Assembly (NCBI RefSeq): GCF_036321535.1
Contig: NC_087455.1
Span: 434,001-498,000, forward strand
Length of the DNA: 64,000 bases
Direction of reading: 5' to 3'
DNA from: Camelus dromedarius
Taxonomy: Eukaryota
Shown here piece by piece: positions 43,419 through 57,200 of this stretch; position 1 is the stretch's first letter, and every line of letters begins with the position of its first letter. The translations under genes were made by a program, and so were the position numbers. The notes under the pieces are model-generated. The model was given only the letters and a program-made list of their open reading frames with translations, ran no database searches and had not been told where the DNA came from.

Positions 43419-44909
43419 GTGCTATCCAGAGGGACTCCCCTCATTCAGCTGGGGGAAAGGGCTGCTGGGAGGTGGGGCTGTGCCACGTGGGGCCCCACAG
43501 GACTCTGGGGGCCGCTGTTCTCAGGTGCCAGGAGACAGGCCCTCTTCCCTCCAGCTGTACTGTGGGAGGGGGTTTCTGGGTCCCCTCAACCTCCCCAGGG
43601 CCCATGAGGTAGGAGCTGCCAGGAGAGGGCAGTGGCTTGGTGCTGTGGGTGGGGTGCAGGGAGCAGGCACTGCAAGCCAGGCAGACCCCTGCACCGGCAC
43701 ACACCCTGGCGCCAGGGTGGCACCCTTACTGCCTCAGGAAGCTCTGTGGTCAGACATCCTGCTGCTGCCTGTTACTCCCCTGTGTGGGGCAGGGCCTCAG
43801 ACCCTCAGGCACCTGTGCTGGAGAGTTGGAAGACAGTGCCTGGGGACTCCCCAGAAGCAGGCCTGAGCTTGGGGACGGGACTGACTTGAGAGGCCAGCAG
43901 ACGCTCCAAGACAAGGCCACAGGGGTCGCAAAGGCAGAGCCACGCCCAGGGCCTCCACGTTGAGTTCCTGCCCGAGCACCAGGTGTCTGTACCTCCTGGG
44001 TGCTGCTGGCTTGAGGCCCCGGAGCCAGGAGGATCCCCAGCTCCCCTGGGCTAGAGCTTTCTCCGCCCTCAGTTTTCCTGGCACTGGGCTGGGCAGGCCA
44101 CTCGAAGCAGCCTGCGTGTGTGGCCCTTAGGACACTTCGCTCCCAGGCTGTGCCACCTGGAGCCTGACAGAGGGAGGTAGGGGGCAGCCTTGGGCTCCTG
44201 TTCTCACCTTTGGTGGGTCTGCTGCCTGGGTCGAAAACGTCCGAGGCTGTGCTGGGCCAGCTGTGCCCTGACTGACAGTGCTGTCCCCGCCCCAACCAGA
44301 ACCCGCCTGACCCCGAGGCCTCACCTCTTCTGGGTCCTGGCAGCATCTGGGGTAGGAATGCCGCCTAGAGGGTGCCCTTGGACCCCACAGTGTAGGCAGC
44401 ACCCCGACCCCTCCTGCTGAGAGGGTGGTGAGCACTGGGTGAACTGGGGACACAGGATGCTGGGGTGCGGTGCTTTGGCCTGACTCCTGCTCCTCCCCCA
44501 CCCTTGGCTGCCTGACCCAGGAGGCAGGGCTGCACTCCCACTACCTTCCCTCCTGCCAGACCCCATGGCGCTGACCCCTTCCTGTCCCCAAAGCCAGCCC
44601 AGAGCCAGATGGCTCTGCTGGACAGGTGTATGTGGCACAGCCATTTGTGTCTCACCTGGTCCCCTCGTGTGGAAGCCCTGGTAACGGGGTTCTGTGACCC
44701 CTCCCGGTTCTTTAACCAACAATTCTGAGCACACATGGTCCAGTGGAGCCAGGTGGGCCCAGGGACACCGTGTGCAGCTGCCCTTCTCCAGGGAGGCTGC
44801 AGCCCAGACCTCTAGCCCCTTCTGAGACCCCGGGCCCCTCCTGGGCCTAGCCCGACCTGGCACCGCGGCAGGAGGAAACAGACGGGGAGGCCGCATACAG
44901 AGCCTGTCA

Positions 44910-44915
44910 TTTATA
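44910..44915 (-). terminator. HSF1 non-canonical polyadenylation signal TATAAA
   Basis: Minus strand reads gagatcTATAAAtgacaggctct; the recalled human HSF1 mRNA ends in an almost identical context. No AATAAA on the minus strand between here and the HSF1 stop. Confidence 0.6.
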
Positions 44916-45214
44916 GATCTCTGCCTGTCTCGTCCACCTGTCCGTGCGTCCGTCCGTGTATATATCTATGTCTCTACCTAAGGAGAAAGGGGAACTCTCA
45001 TGTAAAAATCCAAAATACAATTCTGTGAACACCTGTGTACTGGTCAGTCCAAATGTGGCTGTGAAGCCCCAAGCAAGCCACGGCACACAGGACCTGGGTC
45101 CTTGGTGCTGACTGGGGCCACGCCCCGCCCTGCCCCAGGTTCCTGGCTCCCCTGAGACCAGCCCTGCACCAGGAGGGGTAGGGGACGGCACAGGCCGCCC
45201 CCTTCCTGGGGCCT

Positions 45215-48200
45215 CTAGGAGACAGTGGGGTCCTTGGCTTTGGGGGGCTCAGAGCCTGTCAGCAGGGAGATGGTGGGGTCATCTGCGTAGTCATCCCCCT
45301 CGGAGAAGTAGGAGCCCTCCCCCAGCTCGAAGAGCACCGGCAGGTCGCTGCTCCCCACGTCCACGGAGCCTGGGTCCACCAGGAGCAGGGGCTGGGCCGT
45401 GTAGTGCACCAGCTGCTTCCCTGTAGGGAGGGACCGGGTCAGGGTCTGGTGGGTGGGGACGAGGACAGGGTGGGTGGGTGGACTCAGCTCACATGAGTTA
45501 GGGCTCACCTGAGTCAGGGCTGCTGTTCTCTGCCTCGAGAGGCCTGGGGGGCTCCTGGGGAGAGAGGAGCTCCTGGATCTGCCAGGGCAGGAGGGAGCAC
45601 AGTGAGGTTCCCTGCTAGCCCCCACCCCCCAGCCTGCCCGCTCTGCGTACTCACACTGGCCAGGCTGCTGTCAAGGTCGGGCAGGCTCATGTCTGGCACG
45701 GTCACCGAGGGGCTGAACAGCTGCAGGGAAAGGAGGGCAGTCAGCTGGCACCGTGAGCAGGGGAGGGTGCAGGTGCAGGCAGGGGCGGGACTCACGTCCA
45801 GCAGGGCACTGGTGTCCACGCTGAAGCCGTGGCTGGTCAGCATGGTCTGCAGGTTGTCCAGGTTGGAGTCCATGGCGTCCAAGTGGTCACTGAGCTCCAT
45901 CCTGGCCAGGGTGAGTGAGGTAGGTGAAGGGGCACCCCAAGCACCCCTACCCGGACACCTTCTTGTCGACGCTCACACCCATCTGCCAGAGAAGGGCTCC
46001 CCTCGGCCACAGCCCACCCTCTCGGGCTCATGGGGGGCTTCAAGATGGGGCCCCTTTGCACTTGCAGCAGGGCCCGGTGGGGCAGTGTCCACAGACAGGC
46101 CGGACACTTGGCCACTGGGGGGGAGTGGCTAAGGCCATGTGGGCCCGTCCTGTCACCGTGAGGCCCTGTAAGGCCTCTAACAGCGTATTAGGCTGGGCCA
46201 AAGTGGCGGGGGGGGGGGGCAAGGAGGGGTTTAGTGCTCAGATTGGGCTGGGGGCCCAGTTTTCCAGGCTTGACGAGGTCTTGCCTTTCTATCGGAAGAC
46301 AGCAGGACAGGGAGAGTGTACTCAGCGTGTGGTCAGCCAGCCTCTCCCTTGGTGCTTGCCAGGGAAGAGGCTGGGTTTGGGGGCTGTGACAGAGAAGGCC
46401 CAGTCCCACCCGGGGAGGGAACCAGTCAGCACAAGAGCTGGGCTGGCCTTCTCTGTCAGTCAGTGACTTGGGGCACTGGCTTGGGCCCTAGACCCGGGGG
46501 AGGCCAGTCCCTTCTGCAGAGGCCTTGAGATACCCATTCACCAGGCAGGGCTCAGTGCTCGTGGCCAGGCTGGGGTCTGGTCCGCGGCTGGGGAGGGGCC
46601 CGAGCTCTGGCGGAGCCCTCCTCCCTCCCCAGTGGGACAGCGCTAACCCTGGCTGGACTCGGCCATGCAGAGAGGAAGAGGGGCAGGGGAAGAGGCGGGC
46701 GACCCCAGACATCAGTGGAGCGCGAGCCAAACTGCAAGATACAAAGACAAGAGCCCCCCGATTGCAGGTGGGGGCCAGGCAGACTCCGTGCCCCCACCCT
46801 CGCTCGCCCACCTCTGGGGCAGCAGGACAGACACCAGGATCCAGCAGCCCATCACGGCAGATGGCAGCCCAGAGAGCAGGTGCGATAGGCCTGACCACAC
46901 AGCCTGGGCGCCTGTGGCAGAGGGACTGTGGGGCCACATGGTCAGCATCTGTTTCCCTCCCCAGCCCCAAGCACAGAGCTCAGGGCCACCGTGTGTCCAG
47001 CCCTCCAGGGCAGGCGTCAGAAGCCCAGCTGCGCGTCCAGAGACTTGTGGGCGAGTGGATGGCACTCACTTGTCCAGGCAGGCTACGCTGAGGCACTTCT
47101 CGGGGGCCGAGGCGGGCAGGGGAGAGGGGGGGCGGCCCCCCTCATCCAGGAGGGGAGTGGCCGAGGCAGGAGGGGCGGGCTCGCTCTCCCGCAGGATGGA
47201 GTCAATGAGGGCGGTCGGGGACAGCGGGGTGTCCGCAACGGAGGATGGGTGCCCAGGACTGGCATCCTCTGCCCGGGGGCTCTGAGGTGGGCTAGGGGGC
47301 TCCTCCTTGACTCGAACCAGGGAGCTGCCGGACAGAGACCTGCACAAGGGAGACACACCTCAGCAGGGCCTCTGGCAGCCCCTCCCTCCTCCGGGTTTTG
47401 GGGAAGGTGGCCCCACCTCTCATCTCTGTTGGCGCCCGGGGAAGCCCCGGGGCTGCTGGGGCCCAGCTCAGTGATATCGGAGATGATGGGTCCGGAGCTG
47501 GCCACCGCGTCTGGGGCATAGAGACTGGAGCTGCTGTAGGCCGGGGATGGAGTCTGCCAGCAAAGGGAGGTGACCACATGTGGCGCAGGCCACAGCAGCA
47601 CTGCCCCGCCCAGGCCAGCCCACACCGGGCGCTCACCGAGTAGGGACCAGAGCCGTGGACGTGCTCCAGGGAGAACTGGCGGCCGAATTTGGGCACAGGG
47701 TGCGCAGGGCCACCATCACTGAGCATCAGGGGGCTGTGGGGAAGGGATGGGTCAGCGCTGCCCGGCCTGGTGGCACCCAGGACATGGCCACAGGGACGGG
47801 CAGCCCCGGTCCTCACATCTTTCTCTTCACCCCCAGGATCCGGTTGGACTGCACCAGCGAGATGAGGAACTGGATGAGCTGAGGGAGGAGAGGTAGGTCA
47901 GCTGGGCCGTGGAGAAGACCCGCTGCCCGCCCCCCGGCCCCCCTCGCACCTTGTTGACGACCTTCTGCTGCTGGGCGTGCTTCTGCCGCAAGCTGGCCAC
48001 CTCCCGCCACAGGGCCTCGTTCTCGCTGCAACAGACCGGCGCAGTGGCTGGGGCTGAGGGGGCTCCGGGGACGCCCCCGCCCCGACATCTGGGCGGGTGC
48101 AGGCCTGAGTGACCACACATCAGCACGAGCCTGGCCGCTGGCCCGTTCCCACTCCAGGAGGGTGGGCTGTGCGATGGGCTGGGGGCCTGGCCAGGGCTCA

Positions 48201-51200
48201 CTCTGCTGTCTTTCAGGGGGAGCCTACACCTCCGCACTGAGTAGTCAGGTGCAGGGTCGGCGGGGCCTGGCAGTGGGCAGGGCAGGGTGAGCCCCAGGAC
48301 ACATCCAGGTGGCAGAGCCTTGAGTGCTGCCCCACCCTCCACTGTCTCCTCCTTGACTGAGCCTGAGGACAGGAGGGAGGGCTGGGGGCCAGTGGCAGCC
48401 CAGCTCATCAGGCTGCAGGGGGCATGCAGGGATGTCCTATACCTTCAGGGGGCTCAGGGCACCTTGGGCCTAGGAGTGGCTAAGAGATGGACTTGAGAGG
48501 CAGGAAGGACCACCTGACCACTGTCCTCCCAAGCAGGTGAGCACGGTCCCGAGCAGCCCGTGGCCTGCCCCTCCAGTAGGCCGGCCCTGCAAAGCCCTGG
48601 CATGTCTTCCTGACAGGCAGTGGGCTCTCCTGGCCTCACCCTGACAGCTGTCCATGTCCCGGAGACCAAATTCAGCTGGCCCCGCCTCCAGGTTATCAGC
48701 CATTCCGTGGCTCCTGCTGGGTCCTAACGTGAGCACTTGGGGCCCAGGAGCCTCCTCCACGGTGCGGAGGACCTGCTCCACCAAGTGGCTTGGAGGTCGC
48801 CCTCAGGATTGGGGGTCCTGAGGCCCCCAGGACCCCAAGTATATGGGAGCAGACCTAAGCCAGCCTTCCTGCAGGTCCTGGCTGGGGATGGGGGCACAGA
48901 GCTGGTTATGTGGTGGCCAGCATGTTCCAGGGGCATGGGTTCCAGAAAAAACCTCAAGTGCTTCCTGCTCCAGGTCTGAGGTGGAGGCAGGCAGGGGACA
49001 TGATGCCTGTGCTAGGTGACGGTGGGACTGTGGAGCCAGTGGGAGGAACGGCACTGTAGGGATGCGAGAAGCCGGGCCACCTTGGTCTGTGGGGAGAGAC
49101 TGGAGGCGGGATGCACATGCTCAGAAGGCAGCATGAGGAGCCCGAGGCTGTGGCCCTGCTCAGGCTCACTTCTGCCTGTTGTTGCGGGACGCGGATCAGA
49201 CCCCACCTACTGGGAAACACAGCCCAGCATGGGCCCCGATGGGTGTGCGAGCCCAAACCTCAGTCTGGGGAGTGGAAGGCCCAAAGCACCTGTTACAGAG
49301 ACCGCAGGAGGCGGAGCTGCTGGGAAAAGGCCCTGCTGGTCCCTGCAGCACCCCCGCCGATCAGCCCCCACTGCCGCGCCCAGGCGCCCAGGACCTACTG
49401 CTTCATGGCCAACAGTTTGGAGTCCATGCTCTCCTGCTTCCCCTTCATCAGCTGCACGTCAGTCAGCAGCTTGGTGACACTGTCCTGGCGAATCTTCACG
49501 TCCTCGCTCCGCAGGGTGGACACCTGGGTCCCCAGGGAGCAGTCACTGAGATGCCTCCCAGAGAGGGGGGCCTGGGACAGAACAGAAAGGGCCGAGGGGC
49601 TGCCAGCCCGGAGAGTGGCTGGTGCGGGAAACGGCAGTGGGGAGTCCACAACGGGTATGTGTGGAGGGTGGCCGGCAGGAAGAGGGCCAGTGCAGCCAGG
49701 CCAGGCCAGCGGGATGCCGAGTGGACGCTGCTCCCCTCACAGCCTGGAGGGAGGTCTGAGGATGTGGGGAGGGGGGCACGGCTACTCACACTGGTCACTT
49801 TCCTCTTGATGTTCTCAAGGAGCTGCTCCTGGCCACGCAGGAAGCAGGGGTGCTGGAACTCAGTGTCGTCCCTCTCTGGCTTGACCAGACCCCCCTGCTC
49901 AATGTGGACCACCTTCCGGAAGCCATCTGTGCACGACGGGATGGGGGCAGCTCTGCCTCAGGGCTAGAGAACCAGGCCCTCACTACAGCCCGGCCACTGG
50001 CCCCCGGTGGATGGGGGGAGGCTCCTGGCAGGGTGATGGTCATAGTGTATGCAGCAGCGGCTGGGTGGTCTTGGTTCTAAGGGCGATCCCACAACCTCCA
50101 TGACCCCCCCACCCCAGGCATGGGGCCATGTCTGGCTGGGGTTCAGTGAGCTCTTCCTGGGGGCCCCAAGTTCAGGCCCGGGAGCCCGTTCTTCTACAGG
50201 CGTGCCAGGCTCCAGGCCACACCCTTGGCCAGCACCGGGATCCAAACATGGTGGCCCTGCTGCCCCTCACCCAGACGAGGGGAATGTGTCGGTCCCGCCA
50301 CCTGCCGCCCTGCGGGGTGAGGGCGGGGCACTCACACATGTTGAGCTGCCGCACGAAGCTGGCCATGTTGTTGTGCTTGAAGTACTTGGGCAGCACCTCC
50401 TTGGCGAACTGGCCCTGGTCAAACACGTGGAAGCTGTTCCCGCTCTGCCAGGAGACACGTCGGCGCGGGGGTCAGCGCAGCTGCAAGGGGCACGGCTGTG
50501 CACGCCCCTGCCCTGCAGGGCTGGGCTGGCGGGAGGCAGAGGGCACCTCAGGGACCACCAGCCAGACACACCTGGTCTCTGCCCCTTGGCCTGGATCCTT
50601 GCCGGAGGCCCTGCCAGGGTGCAGAGGTGCCTTCAGAAAGCACCACGGCACTCCAGGCCCATCCCTTAAGGGGTCTCGTTTTAGCTTTAATCAGCACTTT
50701 TCCCCTAAGAACAGCCCAGAACCCAAATTAAGGCAGCCAAGAAAATGGAAACCTAATTTCAGTTACAACACAGTTGTGCAACTTCATTTTTCTTTTGGCC
50801 ACAGAGATGAGAAACAGACTAAACAGGCCGTGACACTCCTCTTCCACTTTTTTCCTAACCACAGTCCAAAAGCTACCAGGCGGGTGACAAGGCTGACCTC
50901 TGGCCAGCAGGAGCCCGGGGACCTGGCTCAGGCTGCCGCAACATGATTACCCTGTGAACCTGTCAAGGACACTGGGCACAGGCTCCCCTGTTGGAGAAGG
51001 GAGCCAGAGGACAGGGAGGTGCACTGGTGTGCACCCGGACGGAGCGATGCTTTTCAACACGGACGGAGATGTTGAAATCAACACGGATACAGATGCGCGA
51101 GGGAGGAGGGGGAGGAAGGACCTCTAGGACTTTTCCTTTTCCGAAGAAGCAATAAGAGAACTGGCAAAAAACGTCAGAGTCAACTCTCTCAGAACTCTGA

Positions 51201-54200
51201 AAACCAATGAGGGACGGCAGCGCGTGGGGAGAACTCACTCAGGGCCAACGGCTGAGTCTCAGCAAGCCCAGCAAGCTGAGGCGTTTTAACTTGCCCGCCC
51301 CCACCCTGAGCTGTGAGACCGCAGCCGGACGGCGGGGAGCAGCGTTCTGGCAGCCATGGCCGAGAAGGCGGCCGGAGCTCTTGCAAGACCAGTGTGGTGG
51401 CTCCCTGGACGATTCCACATGCCAGGCTCTTTCTGTTTTGTCTGACCCAAAGCTCTCTTAATGTAAAGAGATTTTTCCCTCGCAACGTTTGCAGAAAACA
51501 TCTAGAGGTAATTTTAAAACTTGCCGCTGCCCGAGATGGTGGACACGGCTAGGGAAAAACAGGCCGACCAGGAAACACACAGGGAGGAGCTGGGGGCTCC
51601 AAAATACTCCTCGGGGCTCACAGTCACAGGCACATGCAGCGCTGTGCCAAGGTCTGGGCCCTCACCTCCGGCAGGACGTGGAGGGGAAAGTCCAGCACGT
51701 CAGCTGTCTGGCCGAGTGCCGAAGGCGTTCCCGACACACAGGGTGCCTCACGGAGACTGGGAGGCTTCTCAGTTCTAGGCTTTAAAAGACATTCCTGCTC
51801 CCATCACTCCCTGACCCAACTCAGCTAACCGGGCAGAGACCTCAGGGACCACACACAACAAAGAACACAAACTGCCCAGAATTAGTTCAGAAAAGCCACT
51901 AAACAAACAAACAGCAAATACAAGAAACAGCAGCAAATCCTGGCGAGCAAAGCGAATCTGATACTGAGTTTAATAAATGACGCATATTAATGGAAAGCCC
52001 AATTTTCAACAAAAATTTACGAGACATGCAAAGAAACAACATATGACCCACAGAAAGGAAAAAACCAATCAAGGGAAACTGTCCCTAAGGAAGCTGAGAT
52101 GTTGGACTTACTAGACAAAGACTTTAAAATCAGCTATTTGAAATACATTCAAAGAACAAAATGAAACAGCATCTGAAGAAGCAAAGGAAAGCGTGAGAAT
52201 GTTTCACAGAATAGAGAATGACAACGACAGAAATTATAAATAGGAACCAAATCAAAATCATGGAGTTGAAAAGTGCAATGCCTCAGATTTAAAATTCACT
52301 GGGCGGGGTGGGGGCTAGAGAGCAGATCTGAGCACGAATAAGACGGAATCCGCGAACGTGAGGAAGACCGTCAAGCAAGATCACCCAGTCTGAGGAGCAG
52401 AAAGAGAAAAGCGTGAAGAAAAATGAACAGGCGTCAGAGACATGTGGGACACCACCAACGTATGCATGAAGGGGAGGAGGGAAAGGGACAGAAAGAACAT
52501 CTGAAGAAATAATGGCCCCAAATTTCTCAAATTTGATGAAAAATATTCAGGAAGTTAAACAAATTCCAAGAAGGATAAACTCAAAGAGATTTATACCAGA
52601 AACTCCGTAATCAGACCAAAGAAAGCAAAAGACCAAGAGAGAATCTTGAAAGCAAGAAAGCAGACTCATCATGTACACGGAACCCTTAATCACAGCTACT
52701 TTCTCATCAGAAGCTGTGCAGACCAGAAGGCCATGGGACGACATGCTTACAAAAGTGCTGAAAGAACAAACCTGTCAACCAAGAATTCTGTATCTAGCAA
52801 AACTATCCTTTGAAGATACAGGTATGGTTTCCACTGCTGGGATGGCAGCTGAAATCAAGAGGACCCCTCCCAGGCAAGACAGACAGAGCTTTTAAAAAAC
52901 ACCTGGAAAGTGTCCTATAGGCCTGTAACAAGTGAAGAAACACTTACTCAAGAAAACCCACTAAAGCTCTGCAGAAACAGTGGGTCGTTTTAGTCACAAC
53001 CTGCTCCCCCTCCTTGCACGAGGTCTCCTGGGTTGAGGCTGAGACAATGGGGACCCTTCTCCCCCTTGTTTCCAATCAAGGTCTCTTGTATCTCACCGAG
53101 GGGCAGGCCGCCAGCATCTCTCATCCTGTCCAACTTGCTGGTGAACAGACTAAATTCAGCCCCCACCCAAAGAACGGAGACTCCACCCCAGGTGTGGCAG
53201 GCTGAGCATACCGGGGCTCCGCTTACTCTCGCCCCAGCTGGCACGCAGGGCGGAGCGTCTCTGCTGGGAGAAGCCAGTCATGGAGTCCAGAGGCTACGCT
53301 GCCCAGCCCAGTGCACGAGCAGAGGCGCAGAGAATCTGTCTAGGGCTGGTGGTGGAGGGTGAAAGTCCAAGGGAAAGAGCTCCAGAGCACCTTCCTCGCA
53401 GAGACAGAGTAACAGAGTGCGGGAAAGTTCAAGCCCAAGGGTGCTCTTGAAATCAACAGCTCTTCTAAGTGGGAAATAATAAGCTGGCCAGCCCGTTCAC
53501 ACAAGGGACAGTGAAGAGCTCTCCTGGGGTCAGAGCGTACGTAGCCCAAAGACTGACCTCAAAACATACCCCTGCCGAAATTTAACTGGCTCAAGCTGCA
53601 GAGTGATTTGCGCCTGAGGGCACTGCCAAGCACGAGCAACTCTAGCTACAGACTGGGCGTGACACCACACGGTGTGGGTGGTGGTGGTGTGTGAGCCGAC
53701 AGAGAGGCCACGGTCAAGCCACCACGGCCAAGCCAGGTCACCAAACTAAACCAGCATGGGGGTGCGTGGGGGTGATCCACAAGCACTAGGCTATGTCACC
53801 CAAGACATAGTTTTTCAACAAAATTCCAAGACACATAAAGAAACAATAAAGCGTGACACATATATGAGGAAAACAGAGGAAGCAGCAGAAATGGCCTGTG
53901 AGAGGGACAAGGTGTCAGATTTAACCAAGACTTCAAAGAAGCCATTACAAGTGTGTTCAAAGAACTAAAGGAAGTCATGAAGTAAAGCAAAGCGAGACAA
54001 CGTCCCCCGAGCAGAGAGTAACAGTGAAGAGGCAGCCGTCACGGAGGAGGCCCCCTGGACATTCTGCAGTCGAACAGACAACAGAGACGGAAAATCTACG
54101 AGGAGGGCTCAACGGCAGATGTGACCTGGCAGGAGAAAACTCCTGAGAACTTGAAGAGAGATCCACAGAGATTACGAAAGCTGAAGAACAGGGAGAAAAC

Positions 54201-57200
54201 AGAATAAGAAAGTGACAGCAGCCTCAAAGAAGTGTGGCGCGCCTCCACCTGCACCAGCACACGCGTGACCAGAGCACCACGGGGAAAGGAGAAGGACCAG
54301 AACCGACATTCACAGAGACGAGGGTGCAAAACTCCCCAAACCTGCTACAGTGTTACAGATATACGGCACGTCTCTCCATTTACTTAGGTCAACTTTGCTT
54401 TCTTTCATACGTGTTTTTAATAATTTTATTGTTTCTCCATACAGATCCCCACATGTTTTAATTAGGTCTACATTTAAGCGCTTAATTTTTTTTGAGCAAC
54501 TGTAAATGACATTTTAAAGAAATCAATTTCCTCTTGTTTGTTTCTAGTATGCAATGAACATAGAGTTCTTGTTGTGTTGATGTTGTATCTAGTGACCTTG
54601 CAAAACTAATTCTTTCGCCGTGGGAGTAATTTTTGTAGATTCATTAGGATTTTCTATGTCAACAATCTGAATAAGAACAGTTTTATCTCTTTCTAACATA
54701 CATGCCTTAAATTTTTCTTGTTTTCACATACTGGATAGGATTTTCAGTACAATGTTGACTAGAACTGGTAAAAACAGACTTTGTTCTGATCTTAGGGGGA
54801 GAGCATTCACTGTCTCACCATTAAGTATGATATTAGGTATAGGTTTTTTGTAGGCCCTGCTTGGTATTTATCTTTTTAATATCACAAACATCAAATTTTG
54901 CTACATGCTTTTTCTATATCAGATAATATGATCATGTGGTTTTATCTTCTTTAGGCTGTTCACATGGTGTGTTATATTGATTCTAAAGTGTTGAACCATC
55001 TTTGCATTCTTAGGGTAAATCCCACCTGGTGTGACATTATTCGTTGTATGCACTGCCAAGTTTGATTTGCTAAAATTCTATAGAAGACATTATGAAGGAT
55101 ATTGGTCTGTAGTTTTCTTGGACTGCTTTTGTATAATTTTGAAATCAAGGTAATGTTTGCCTCATAAAATGAAATGCAAAGGGTTCCCTCCTGAGGCTGT
55201 TGCCACCACCCAGAGGAACCTGGAAGCTGGTCCCACACCCCCAGCTGAGTCTTCAGATGACTGAGACCTCATGAGACCAGGATCAGCTTGCAGCTCTCAG
55301 AAACTGTGAGATAACAAATGTTTCTTGTCTTAAGCAGTGAGTTTGAAGGTAATTAGTTACATAGCAATAGATAACCTATGAACATTTTGTGTTTTTTATA
55401 CCATTGTAAACATTTCCATTTTCAATAGTCCATTGCTAGTCTGCAGAAATACAATTAAGTTTTATGCATGGACCTTGAATCCTGTGACCTCACCAAACTC
55501 ATTTATTAGTTGTGATAACTTTTTCTGTAGATTCTTTAGGGGCTTTCTAAGTAAATATGAATGTTTTCTACAAATAGAATTTTATTTCTTACTTTCCAGT
55601 CTTGATGTCTTTTATCTACATATTTGCTACACTGCCTGAGCAGGGCATCCAACATGTCACTAAGGAGAAGCAGCGGGAGCAGGCATCCTCGCCTTCCTTT
55701 CCAGTCTCGGGGTCTGTGCTCAGGTCTCCAGTACCGAGTACAATGCTAGCAAGAGGGGTTTTGGTACATGGTTTTCATTAGACTGAGGAATTCCCCTTCT
55801 TAGTTTACTCAGCTTCTATCATGAAATGGATGTTGAATTCTGTCACGTGCTCCGTCCATCTCTGTTGAGAGGACCACATGGCTTGTCCTCTCTGCTCTGC
55901 TGACGAGGTGAGTGGTACCAGGCGATGGATGGTGGCGACTTCTGTCTGCAGAACTCGTGGTCTTGGGCCTCACCCTGCCTCTGATGATAAGTCAGTAGCA
56001 TTCTTATCTTGGCTTTTCCATGTGCATTTTCCCTCTTTTCCTGGCTGCTTTTAAGATTGTCTCTTCATCACTCATTTTCAGCAGATTATACTGATGAGTT
56101 TTGGTTTCTTGTGCTTTATCCTCCTTGGGAGTCACTGAAATTCCTGGATCTGTGGGTTTACAGCTTTCAAAAAAAAAAAAAAACTGGGGAAAATTTCTAA
56201 AATTCTATTTCTAAAATTCTCCTCCGTCCTTTACTCTGGAACTTAAATTGTGTCTGACACTCCATGCTTTCACCCCTGCAGCCTCTGCACTTTTTTTTGT
56301 CTTTTTTCCTCTGTGGTCACTCTGGATAGTTTCTACTGCTAGTCTAGTTCAGTGACCTTTTCCCCTGCAGTTTCTTTTTTGGATTAAACTAGCTCTTTAT
56401 GCTTATATAGCCCACAACCCAGACAGCCTATTGGGAAAATGTCACAAAGGCTTCAAGGACACAGAGCTTCTTAAAATATTTCTCCTCTTCCCTTCATGTT
56501 TTCAGTCTGCAAGCTAAACTAGATAATATACAGTGTCTACAGAAAAAAAAAAAACCAAACACCTAAACAAAATAAAAATACTTCCCAAGGCAGAGTTCTG
56601 CACAGAATTCCTAATAATTCAAATCTTCCAACTTTAGTGACCACTGAGAGTAGTCTGGTCGGCTTTGCAGGGGAAGCGCATCAAGGGACAGGCTGAAGGA
56701 GCGCAGGTCCCCATCCCCCCAGGGACCACTAATGCCTCCAATGGCCTTGGTCATCTACTGTGACTTTAATCCCAAGCACCCTGGGGCCCTGGCGGTGCCC
56801 GTCCTGTGCACACGCAGCGCTGTGGCCTGAGCGTGGTCGGCTCCATGCTGAAGGGCTCCAGGCGCGGCCTCAGGCACTGTCTGGTCGATGCCCACATGGA
56901 CGTGGTGCAGGACAGCTGATGTCTCGCTGACCTTCTGGATCTGCTCCACATACTTGGTGTATCTTTTCCGGTGCTCTTGCATGAAGCTAAAGAGAGTTTC
57001 ACAGACAGATCCATCTCTGATTCATTTAACCAAAGAGTTCTGGTCAAAAGCACTGGCCTCTGCACACTGATGGGGGTGGTCCTGACAATGGAGGAAGGGC
57101 TGCAACACCTGCTGAGAATCCGATTTCCCCAATTTGGTGTTTGTTGGGAGGCCTGGCTACTTGAGAGCCCTCAAAGGCGGTGAGAAGGCTGGCATCTCTT

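Noticed and set aside
56755-56982. 75-aa ORF as an independent novel gene
   Set aside because: It is a remnant of the BORCS5 retrocopy, frameshifted relative to its own N-terminus, with no evident promoter.
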